From positions 124,001-188,000 of the forward strand of contig JAKMXF010000221.1 of NCBI GenBank assembly GCA_024704765.1: DNA of 64,000 bases, in the 5' to 3' direction. The stretch is from Oopsacas minuta (Eukaryota > Animalia > Porifera). Below, piece by piece: positions 24,434 to 35,002 of the stretch (position 1 is the stretch's first letter; every line of letters starts with the position of its first letter). The notes beneath the pieces were generated by a model. It saw only the letters and a program-made list of their open reading frames with translations. It did not search any database and was not told where the DNA came from. The position numbers and the translations under genes were made by a program.

Positions 24434-24455
24434 TCCTGAATGCCTACGCCATTGG

Positions 24456-24590
24456 TTAGGAAAACTTCTCTTCTATTTGGCCATCCTCCCTTTCCATTTC
24501 TTCTTCACCAAGAGGAGGACTTATTCCTGTCCTAGAAACCCTCGATACTGGAGGGGTCATTGAACCAGAGGGAACGAGCTCTTCTTCCAT
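24456..24590 (-). CDS. 44-aa micro-ORF homologous to the C-terminal tail of the neighbouring caspase
   Basis: MEEELVPSGSMTPPVSRVSRTGISPPLGEEEMEREDGQIEEKFS* versus caspase QEIVPSDRMIPHVMSVPRTGIGTSEEEEMEREEE. Both start in the same tgaaATG context. Confidence 0.45.
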   Translation of the reverse strand: MEEELVPSGSMTPPVSRVSRTGISPPLGEEEMEREDGQIEEKFS

Positions 24591-24665
24591 TTCACGATGT
24601 GAAATAAGCTATGCTCAAATATTATTCGCTAGAAATTAATTACTATGGAAATAATTCAGTAAAAC

Positions 24666-25269
24666 CAGGGGCCTTATTAACTGAAATTCTTAAGTCAAAT
24701 TCTTAGAATTTTGCTTAACTTTAAGTCAAATTCTTAGAATAATTCTAAGAATTGAGTCGTATTCTAAGAAAAATATTTAGTGAGGTAAAGAGGACACTTA
24801 ACTTATAATTTATTTTACTCTTCTATGAAGTCATAATCAATACGCATTTATTTACAAAGAAGATTGTTCATCGCTTAAGACAATATGTTTGATTATCATA
24901 TCCACATGTTGTAATACCCGCTATTGGGTGGGGCAATTATCTCATTAATGATAAATGAAGTATACAAGTAGAAGGATATTATTTTCTACTATGCGCATAT
25001 CTTCTCAAAAAGCGATTGAAGTCGAAAGAATTGGCATAAAATTTATTAATCAATAGCAAGAATCAATCAAGTAGAATTACCCAATTCTAAGAATTTTTCT
25101 TAGAATTGCTTAATTCTAAGAATTATTCTAAGAATCCGTTAAGTATAGCCAAGTTAAGAATTCTTAACGAAAACTAAGAATATTTCATGAATTCTTAGAA
25201 TTATTCTTAGAAATACACTTAGAATTAAGTTAAGAATAATTCTTAGAATTTTAGTTAATAAGGCCCCTG
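24666..25269. mobile_element. 604-bp non-autonomous DNA transposon (MITE), PIF/Harbinger-like
   Basis: Perfect 17-bp TIR CAGGGGCCTTATTAACT / AGTTAATAAGGCCCCTG, many subterminal TTCTTAGAA/TTCTAAGAA motifs, no coding capacity. The family call rests on GGGCC termini and CWG flanks (inference). Confidence 0.85.
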
Positions 25270-25369
25270 ATATTCATGGCGTTCCAAAAATGTTATGTAA
25301 ATATTATTATACAAATTATTATGATAGTATTAGGCATCGGGTCATCATGTTTATACTGACATATAAAGT

Positions 25370-25730
25370 GCTAACAGAATTGCCATTCTCGATTCTATCA
25401 AGCCTCACTACGGAAGACCCTATAAAGCAATCTACATTCATCTTAACAACTGGACTTACATTGGAATTTGTAAATCTCACCACCTACCAAATATTATAAG
25501 TAATTGTGTGTAATTATTAATAAGAATTATCTGAGTATATATACATTACTGGTACATAAGAGAGAAATTGTTTGATGTTCTAAGATATAAATATCTAAAT
25601 AAATAATACTAATAAATTCCTAATAAATACATACATACTCTATCCAAATTAGTTGCTGAGTATATTGACTGTTTCATGCAACTTATTGCATGGACATCTA
25701 AGCATTTCCATATAATATAGGGTTAGGTTA
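25370..25730 (+). pseudogene. Diverged duplicate of the AGXT2 3' end and downstream spacer
   Basis: gctaacagaattgccattctcgattctatcaagcctcactacggaaga aligns with gctaacagaaaatgccattctcgaatctatcgagactcactacggaaaa (23787 onward). Similarity continues through the spacer. Confidence 0.8.
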
Positions 25731-25733
25731 GGG

Positions 25734-26651
25734 TTAGGAAACAGAGTTCGAAGGAACTGGCCCTATTTTCAGGAAGTTATTGCTTTCTTCCTCCCTTTCC
25801 ATCTCTTCTTCCTCAGAAGTTCCTATTCCTGTCCTGGGAACACTCATTACATGAGGAATCATTCGATCAGAGGGGACTATCTCTTGTTTTGGGAAGTATA
25901 GTAACATCTGTGATGTTGATTTGTAGATAGGACATTGATGACGAGGATCACCTTTCTCAGTCGTAATCTGTAGTATTGAACACTCCACTTGGGGTGTGAA
26001 CCGATTAAGAAACGACACAAAATCGATCTCACGACCATATGATCTAAATGACTCGCATAGTTCACGTATAGCAAGTGACCCGTCAATAATTGATCTGTAA
26101 CAAGGTGTACCTCTCTGACACAGACATAATGTTATGAAGTTAGGCCATTCCGGGGGTACTATACATTCATCATCCGCCCAAGCCTCTTTAGGCGCTACAG
26201 TTTCTTTATATTTTCTGCAAGCGTTAAATATAAACAGCTTTGGCATGTCACGCTTACACAACTCTGGATTGAAATAGCTTGTGATTTCTGACAGCGTAAT
26301 CCGCTCCATATCAGATGTAAGGATATAGTCATCAGCCCCGTGAGAAGATATAGCAATAACTACTATCTGGTGTCTATCTTCTATGCTCGGATACACATCA
26401 CTAACTATTTTCCCAGACAAACTTGATAGAAGTTCTTTGATATTTTGGAAACTTAAGTCTTGGTAATTAAACATTTCAAGGGAGAACTCTTTATCTAACA
26501 ACAGTTTCAGGTTTCCAATCTCCTTTTGGGCGCCCTTTCTTTTGTAGCTCTTATCAGTGAACTTTTCATTCACAAGCACTAATCCAATACCCCACTTCTC
26601 AGAGCCATCTATTGTGTAGGTATTGTTAGGATAAATAATACTGGCATTCAT
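25734..26651 (-). CDS. Prodomain-less caspase-like protease
   Basis: GLVLVNEKF, RKGAQKE, catalytic His in SSHG, catalytic Cys in FIFNACRK, small subunit CYRSIIDGSLAIRELC. Confidence 0.85.
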   Translation of the reverse strand: MNASIIYPNNTYTIDGSEKWGIGLVLVNEKFTDKSYKRKGAQKEIGNLKLLLDKEFSLEMFNYQDLSFQNIKELLSSLSGKIVSDVYPSIEDRHQIVVIAISSHGADDYILTSDMERITLSEITSYFNPELCKRDMPKLFIFNACRKYKETVAPKEAWADDECIVPPEWPNFITLCLCQRGTPCYRSIIDGSLAIRELCESFRSYGREIDFVSFLNRFTPQVECSILQITTEKGDPRHQCPIYKSTSQMLLYFPKQEIVPSDRMIPHVMSVPRTGIGTSEEEEMEREEESNNFLKIGPVPSNSVS

Positions 26652-27004
26652 TTCACTAAGCGATAATTATTGTGCTAGAAAATTGATAATCTCTAATATA
26701 TAGTAGTAGAGTATACAAGCGTTAGAATCAGCTGTAAGGGTAGGACTATTGATAAAATATACTAAAAATAGAATATACTGAAGCTCAATAATTACGAAGC
26801 TAATCAAATGCTATCTATTCTCTAAGGTTTCTACGCATCTAGAATTCTATATCTATTGTAGTTAACTGCTATTTTATTGAACACTTAATTTCAATAATGT
26901 TATCTTGTTTACAAAATAGGCCACAAAAAAAGTATAGGAAGACTCAGGAAACACTTTCCTCTTTTCAAAAACGAATCAACCTATCCATTGAATTCAATAA
27001 CCTT

Positions 27005-27703
27005 CTACATGAAGCTATCTTCATAATCCTGATAGTTTGTAGCTACTTCCTTGTTTGTTTCCATCTTCTTAGGATCCATCAAACTTTTGTAAGACTTTGC
27101 ATCTTTTTCCAAAGCTCTCTGTTTCGATAATTCCTTTTCCCTTTCTCTCTCTTCTTTCTGAATCCGTTTAGTTTCCATTCTCTCCGCTTCATCTCTCTCC
27201 TCTCTCAGTACTTTCAAATTATGTTTTGCTTGAGTTCTAGTCTTATCTAATCGTTTGACAATTTCATTCTTCTTCTTAATCGTAATATAACGTAGTTCTG
27301 ACTTTCTATGAAATCCTACTTGTCCTACTTCCATGTCTCCAGTCTTATGCAAATTAGCCCACGGAGTATATACGATCTATATAACAGACGTAATAGCGGT
27401 AAATTAGCAGAATATACAACTAAGAATTATTGGATTTACCCTCACACTGTCTTGCTTACAACCACTGATACTGTTAGCTTTAGTGAGCTGAGCACAGTCC
27501 ATAATGACGTCATGAGGAATATCATCTAGCCCCATTCCACTAGGCAGTCTGAGGTACACATGAGCAGAGGATACTCCATCAGCATGGAACCAAATATCCT
27601 CTGGGAATCCATATCTGATCAGGTCTTCATTAACAAACTTATCTTCTCCTAAATAGATGGTTAGCGGAGGGTCGAATAGCTCACAAATGAAGTAATACAC
27701 CAT
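27005..27703 (-). CDS. CCDC25: CCDC25 (NFACT RNA-binding domain); exons 27703-27440, 27376-27005
   Basis: MVYYF..IYLGEDKFVNEDLI..FHADGVSSAHVYLRL..DCAQLTKANSISG; splices to IVYTPWANLHKTGDMEVGQVGFH. Confidence 0.95.
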
Positions 27704-27899
27704 AGCTAATCGGGTATTATTTGCATTTATACTAGTACAATATTACTGTCATCTTTCCTCAAACTGGTAACATTAACTTTACAGAGAAATTCAAAATATA
27801 AGCAAATTAGATTGAATATCAGTTTAAAATAATAACAAATCAAAATACTTGACATCTTAAAAAAGTATTAAACCAATACAGTTAACCTCTTATAAAAGG

Positions 27900-30800
27900 C
27901 TAGGTAGCCTGATTGGAGAACATCTTGCTCTCCTTAGACTTGTTAGTTGACACAAAAGCAGTCCCACAGTACAGAGGCATGCGATTAGGATCAGCTGGGT
28001 TGTTAGGCATGGATATTAGGAATGTAGAAAGACACACTTTAGAGTTGTGCAGAGGTTGATCAGCAATAGCACGAGTCATCACGAAATTACTAGCATTAGG
28101 ACCCACTGAGTCACCAAGTAGACTGGATACACTTGCTGGTCTTGTTGCCATGACAACCCTCTCTCTACGTCTGCGTACACGAACCTGTCTGAACTCTATC
28201 TGTTTTTTGATGTGCCATCCCAACAGAATCAAAACCATAATAAAGAAGAATATCATTACAATACTCAGGAAAATTAACACAGCTACTATAAGCGCTACAT
28301 CTTCTGGAGTAAGATCTACATCTATGGTGAATGGATATGAGTGATTAGAGAGTTCAAAGAATATAAAGTCATTCCCAGGACCCAGATGCTGGGGAGATAT
28401 GTGGTAAATGACTGAGTTATGGAATAGTAGGTAGTTTGAAACGAAAGAGGTGTATGTGCTCTGATTAGCAGTTAGTAATACATTATCATCTAATTTCTCA
28501 AGTTGATAGTATAATCCAAACACTTCAACTATTCTATTAGTAGAATTTTGTATTAAATTCTCAAGCAACTCCTCACGAACACTCTCACTCAGTGTATCTA
28601 ATAGAGAAGAGAGAGAATTCAGTATTCTACTGTTAGAATCCACAGCTCTGTATACATTGATGAGTGTATATGCTTTGGAATTAAGTGGATATATAGTAAA
28701 CTTCATGCTGACCTCCTCTTGACCATCTGCTCGTGTCATGAACAACATAGATCTACTGTATGCGTTAGGTGACGTGTAATCCTCTCTGGTACCAGACTCT
28801 TGGTATCTGTAGCATGAAGTATTAACTGTACCGTTATACTGACATATTTCACAATGGTCCCCTATAGAAGAATAATATAGAAGAGACATATTGCTAGTTA
28901 ATAGGGATAATTAACATACCAATTACTCCATAAGAGTTACATTTACATTTCCCGTCTCTTAAGCAAGCAGCTGCATACACAGAGCATTCACACTTATGAC
29001 AGCTGTTACCGTTACGTGGGTCTCCGTAATACCATGGAATACAGGTGTTACAATGTTCCCCTGCTGTATTATTCTGACATTCCAAACAGTCACTTGCGTT
29101 GTTACAATAACTGTGTCCGTTACATTGACAAAGCGGACATGTGAAGTAATACCAATTAGGAACCGGACAAGTAAGCATAGAAGGTGCAGTAAGAGATCCT
29201 ATAAATGAGTAAAATACTCGTATAAATAATCACTAATATATTAGTAAAAGCTATTTATACTAACCCTGTATACACTCTCCAAGACCACTGGAATGAATAG
29301 CACACCATCCACAGTTGGGATCCACCTGACACTCACTACAGGTTAGGTAAGAAGAACAGGAGTTCGTAGAGTTTACAGAACAGTTACCATTGCCTGATGT
29401 CCAAATCAAACATTGGCCGTAAGGAAACTCTACAGGATAATTACTAGTAACACATCTCTGTTGGGAAGGGCAGTATAAACATCCTTTATTAGCTGAGCTA
29501 CACTCTAGACAGGAGAAAGAGCCACAACCTTGTAAACATGTGACAGAAGTCTCATTCTCTTCTCTAAGAACAGAATATAATTAACTACAGGTAATGGTAT
29601 ATGTTTTGGAAATGTTAACTCTAATAAGTAATACATGACATTAAATATATTACTCACTTCTTTCTACAAGCATTATCCCAAATACAACCTTCACGGACCT
29701 GACACTCCCAACACCCAGTAGCACTCACACACGCATCTGATACAGTCTGACATATAGAATTGTTAGCCCATAACGTGTTATCTGCAGAGCTGTTATATAC
29801 CAGCTGACAGGAGTCGTCATACCACTCACAAGTACTGATAGACAAACACTCAATACAGGAATACCGCTGACAGCTGAAGTTATCAATACATGTACTGGTG
29901 TTAAGCATTAATGGGAGATTAGACAGATTTAGTAGTAATAAATCATTGAATAAGATAGCTTGATTGTAACCTCCGAATTGTACCAGTGAGTCAGATCCGT
30001 GAGCTGTTAGGGTGTGACCTTGTCTTGCGTCGAATAATGATTGTGAGTTTGTATCAAGTTCATGCCAAGTCCCACACTTTAAGTCATACACAAATGTCTA
30101 ATAGAGAATCAAATGATTATTAAATGATGTAATAGTGAATTAATATAAGGTTACTTACGGAAGAATATCCACACTCTCCACCAATAGCCTTATATCCCCC
30201 GTTAACCAGGAGATAACTGTCATTAATAAGAACCATAGCATGTTGATATACAGCTGCAGATAGTGAGTTAGTGGGTAGAGTAGTCCAGCTGTATGAGTCA
30301 GGATGATAAGCATATAAAGATGGATAACTGTTTTTTGTCAATGGATTATAGCCTCCGTAGACGAATATAAGGTTGTACTGAGGAGAGTAAGCACTAGCAG
30401 AATCTACCTACATTAGATTAATATTAATTGAAATCAATAATCGTACTTAAATATACTCACTAATCCGTAGTTAGTTGGGGAGACAGCAGGGTATATCCAT
30501 GTATCATTCTCTATGAGATATTCTCTTGTGTTCAACAGTACAAACTCGTCTTTGCTGTGTCCGAATAGTACCACCATCCTGCCTCCTGGTACCAGCTGTG
30601 AGACGTGACCTGTAGTTGAGAGGGTCCGGTTGGAAGAGGAGAGGTAACTCCAAATCATAGAAGTTAGATTCAGTTTCCATAACTCGTTAGTTATTTCGTT
30701 CTTAACTTCTATGTTATCGTATGAGATTGTAGTACCACCGTACACAAACATGGAATCTCCATATACAATAGATGTGTGTCCGTATCTGGGTACAGGCCAT

Positions 30801-32295
30801 GGACCGGATGGAGGACCTGGTGTAATCGTCTCCCATGTATCCGATGGCAAGCACCGCCTAAATGAATAAATAAGTAAGCATATAGTACATATGCCCTATA
30901 ACATACTAACTAACTTGAAAATTGAGTAGTAATATTGATGTATACTAGATTCAAATGTATAGCCGCCATACACATATAAACACCCCATGTATGCTACAAT
31001 TGTATGACCAGCTCTGGGCAGAGGGGGAGAGAGGGAAGGGAGGAGAATAAATGTATTATTGCCTACAGCTGGTAAAGAAGGTGTAGTACATTGTGAAATG
31101 AGAGTTTTGTTGTTAAGGAAGCAAGTTTGGTTACAATTTGTATAGCAAGAGCCTGTGTTTATGGCGGGTTCTGTTAGAAATGATCCAGGGAGCGTGGAGT
31201 ATGTAATATTGAATCCGTCAGCAGTAGCAGCAATATCTGCAGTGAATAGAAGCAGTAGATTGGAGGAACTGCTGATTACCTAAGAGAGAAATAGTATTAA
31301 ATTATTGTATAATATTCTGAATTCCATTTAATAATATTGCATTTAGAATATAAATATTATTGCAGTATATGAGGACGGATATAATAATCCAGTTCTCTCA
31401 ATGTCAAAGTGAAGAAATGCAACCAAACGAAGGCAGACGTAGTAATCCAGTTCTCTCAATGTCAAAGTGAAGAAATGCAACCAAACGAAGGCAGATATAA
31501 TAATCCAGTTCTCTCAATGTCAAAGTGAAGAAATGCAACCAAACGAAGGCAGATTTAATAATCCAGTTCTCTCAATGTCAAAGTGAAGAAATGCAACCAA
31601 ACGAAGAATCATAATTTGATAAAAACATCATACATTATTTCAGACGATTTCCATTCATCTAAAACTGAGGATAATCTTGAAAACCTTACATATTCATTCA
31701 AACATACAAACAATGTACTCTTTTGAATCCTCCTACCATATGCAAATCATTCTCAATTCTCGACCAATTTCTCACAATAACCATAACCACGTACCACCTC
31801 CCTCATCCATTAATACAAACCAATTCCATAGCTATGACCATCCCATATATCTCTTTAGTTAACATGAGCAGCAAAAAATGATAGAATACGAATACTCAAT
31901 ACAAATAAGTACATTACAATTGAAATTGACTGTACCTCTAACTGTGACAGATCTCCTATTCCGTTTGAATCCAAATGATCTCCAGACAGAGACAATAGTT
32001 TAGGGAAACTGAAGGAATCTCCATCATATATATTTATATAGTCCCAGCCACATTCCAAAAACATTTCATGGAATGTCAGCTGTACACGGTGACTAGTATT
32101 TTGTAGGCTGATTATATACATACAAGTTATGTAGTTGTTATAATCCCCCTCTCCGTCTGTTATCACCCCTGAAGGATCAGTGAGGAGAGATCTGGGATCA
32201 CAATGACCAGCATTGACTGGTTCTGTTATAGAATTGAGGACAAATAAAAGTGTGAAACATTGTAGGACCTTTGAAACTGTGTTATACTTATACAT
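27900..32295 (-). CDS. ATRN: Attractin-like protein (signal peptide, CUB, EGF, Kelch, PSI, laminin-EGF, TM, cytoplasmic tail), multi-exon
   Basis: CUB LECGWDYINIYDGDS; Kelch PRYGHT/ARQGHT; PSI CIECLSISTCEW; laminin-EGF CQCNGHS..CQNNTAGEHC; TM; tail MATRPASV. Intron 1 is 31935-31280. Confidence 0.88.
31385..31606. repeat. 58-bp minisatellite, about 4 copies, in attractin intron 1
   Basis: Unit TAATCCAGTTCTCTCAATGTCAAAGTGAAGAAATGCAACCAAACGAAGGCAGA plus 5 variable nt, starting at 31385, 31443, 31501 and 31559. Confidence 0.95.
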
Positions 32296-32421
32296 TGCTA
32301 GTAAATGAGAGAAATTTTATTAAATATATAATTAGCTCCAACATGCACAAAACAGCTAATAACTACAGAATATAGAGATAAAATAAAACAGCAAAAAGAA
32401 GGGAAGTTAAAAGTATGAATA

Positions 32422-32916
32422 TTAAACAGTATGAATATTACACTTCGCATAGGAAGGAGGAGCTTCTTCACCAACTTCTTTTTCCTTGCTGACACTGACT
32501 TTCTGGTTCTTTTGTTTGGCTCTAAAGTGTTCAATACGGATACAACAGCAACAGAAAATATTTTCGAATGTTCTTATGGTCTTATACTTTATTGATGTCC
32601 AGTGTGTACGACAATAAAAGAATAATGGTATAGCAATACTTATCAGGAAAACGGGAAGGAATACTCCTAATATTATCCCGGCAGTTACACCTGCATCTGG
32701 TTCAGTAAAATTTCCTATAAAGACATCATCACCATCTAGAAATCTATTGGGCCTACCAATTCCACTACTACTCCCCCTCCCAGAGTTTCCCCTTCCAGAG
32801 CTCCCCCTTCCAGAACTGCCCCTTCCAGAACCTCCTCTACTGCCCCTCCCTTCTATAGAGCCTATCCATAAGAGAATGCACAGAGCAAGTACTATTGCTA
32901 GCAGTGTAAACTTCAT
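32422..32916 (-). CDS. Uncharacterised type I membrane protein with SGRG-repeat ectodomain, Cys cluster and PPxY
   Basis: Signal peptide MKFTLLAIVLALCILLWIGSIEG; (GRGSS/GRGNS)n; TM GIILGVFLPVFLISIAIPLFFY; CCCC; APPSY. Confidence 0.75.
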   Translation of the reverse strand: MKFTLLAIVLALCILLWIGSIEGRGSRGGSGRGSSGRGSSGRGNSGRGSSSGIGRPNRFLDGDDVFIGNFTEPDAGVTAGIILGVFLPVFLISIAIPLFFYCRTHWTSIKYKTIRTFENIFCCCCIRIEHFRAKQKNQKVSVSKEKEVGEEAPPSYAKCNIHTV

Positions 32917-33333
32917 TATTTCTTAGAGTCGTGGTAAATTTCTTTTCAATAAACTTTTTACTCTCCATTTCTATTTATAAGCTTTTGCTTCATATTACGA
33001 ATTATACTTTAGTTTTGCAGAGGAAATTGTGTGCTAACCTCTGGTTAACAAAATCATGTTTTGACAATTGTTAATTTAGCCATCTTGGTTGTTAGTTCAC
33101 GTATGCTCTCATATCGATTATTTTGAAATTATAACATTAGTGACGGATGAGTGGAGGAGGTTTTCTATGCAAAAAATTAAATTTGCAATGAAATGCTATC
33201 AACAAGATGATTTAATAAAGTTACAAAACACTTGTAAAAGTAAGAACATACATCATGGTCACATTTTTATAATATAATTACCTAATTAATCTCAATCAAT
33301 AATAGACACATTACGTAGGTAAAAAGTGAATTG

Positions 33334-34404
33334 TCATGAGTTCCTCAATAGAGGGCGGATATTAGAATAATTGAATCTGTATTGTTGGTTTCTGTTTGAA
33401 TATTTCAGGATAAAACAAGCAGCAGAATAAACCCAGAGTGGCAGACCATATGACACAAGCCACAAGAACAAGAAGATAGGATCTATATATTTCATAACAT
33501 CCTTTATGAGGATGGCAGTAGGGCTGAGAGGAAAAGCTTGACTGAAACATAATACAGCTTTAAATCCTGTTGCGAAAAACAGTAGACACACAAGGATAAC
33601 AGAAATAAAGAGAGATAAGATCAAAAGTATCCTGAAAAATTTATAATGTTTGTAAGCAAGAAGTTGGTTGTTAAAGAATATTCTATCTGGTGAATGCCAC
33701 ATGAGTTCCTTAACATTCATCTTAAGTACACGGGAGAGAAGGAGACTTTCCTTCACAAATAGAAGCCAATTAATTATGAAAAATGATGGGATTAACAAGA
33801 ACATTATTGGATAAGTGTAAATGGTTGAAGCTAGCGCAATGAGTGCATATTGTAACAGTAGCCAAGCAAGATATTTCATAAGAACTGGTCTCACTGGATG
33901 CCGGAGGTATCTTAAAGAAAGGAACCGAGTTAGGACTGAGAGTAGGACCATTAAAAGAATATATGTTGCATTGTCCAAGTCGAAAAAAACTATGATGAAA
34001 GGATGTGAATAATACTTCTCAAAAGCGTAATTACAAGTTAAATGAAAATCCCAAACTCCGAATAGAGTAACATTTAGCTCTTCTGGTTTGGGGATTAATA
34101 TGAATATTAACCTAGACAAATAGGTGAAGACGAATTGGAAAAGTTCTACTCCACATATGCTTATAACAATAACAAACTTGGCCATATGTGATTTATAATT
34201 GTACAATTCCATAGATTGAGAGAGAGATTGAACATCTTTGTATAACGGATGGAAATCTGTCCTGTTTTTAGTAATATTATATTTCTTGATAGTTTTGTAC
34301 AATTCTATACAAATCTTTACTAACCAAAATACATTGAGTATAATAGTAGCAAGTATTGTGATAGCAGTTAGACCGAAGAAAACATAACTAAATATTTTAA
34401 ACAT
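33334..34404 (-). CDS. Orphan 7TM protein, family member 1
   Basis: Seven hydrophobic segments, basic loop after TM1, motifs WLVKICIELYKTIKK and YKSHMAKFVIVISICGVE. Confidence 0.75.
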   Translation of the reverse strand: MFKIFSYVFFGLTAITILATIILNVFWLVKICIELYKTIKKYNITKNRTDFHPLYKDVQSLSQSMELYNYKSHMAKFVIVISICGVELFQFVFTYLSRLIFILIPKPEELNVTLFGVWDFHLTCNYAFEKYYSHPFIIVFFDLDNATYILLMVLLSVLTRFLSLRYLRHPVRPVLMKYLAWLLLQYALIALASTIYTYPIMFLLIPSFFIINWLLFVKESLLLSRVLKMNVKELMWHSPDRIFFNNQLLAYKHYKFFRILLILSLFISVILVCLLFFATGFKAVLCFSQAFPLSPTAILIKDVMKYIDPIFLFLWLVSYGLPLWVYSAACFILKYSNRNQQYRFNYSNIRPLLRNS

Positions 34405-35002
34405 TTTAGTAGAATTATTATTAAATATAAATGTCAGTCTTTATAGTTTACGAGAAGATAATTAAGAAATTAATAATAATATTTATGATATCACCTCACA
34501 TAGCTACACGTATAATTATCAAGTAAGGTTACTATGCTAGAATTATTCACTATTAATCATTCGTCGAATTTGCACTATATTCCACGAACTTAGTCATTAG
34601 CCAAAATTAACTATTGAAAGATATAAATAGATAAAGTTTGATTGCGTGTAAATTAATAATGTAAATACTCAATACTGTAATATTTCTGAGAAAGAAAGTG
34701 TAAATATCACACATTCAATATATTGATTATACCTTTGTAATAAAATTTACATCAGTTAATAAGAAATCTGATAAACAGGAGTGCTTTCCCTGGTGTAACA
34801 GGGTAAATAATGTTATGTAGTCTCCCTTTATTAACGAAAATATAAAACATTGAAATCACTCAATTAATATTATTATCTCACACATAATGTTAAATACAAT
34901 CAGCTATAACACTAACTAATACGAATATTCAATTCACCAAAAAAAAGCATCCTTACTAGAATATAATTCTCTAGTATGATATCTAAAAGAGCGAGGGGTG
35001 TA

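Noticed and set aside
25290-25499. 69-aa ORF as a gene
   Set aside because: Frameshifted read-through of the duplicated AGXT2 3' end.
31385-31606. Regular repeats resembling a CRISPR array
   Set aside because: Only 5 variable nt between units, no unique spacers, no cas genes, eukaryotic intron.
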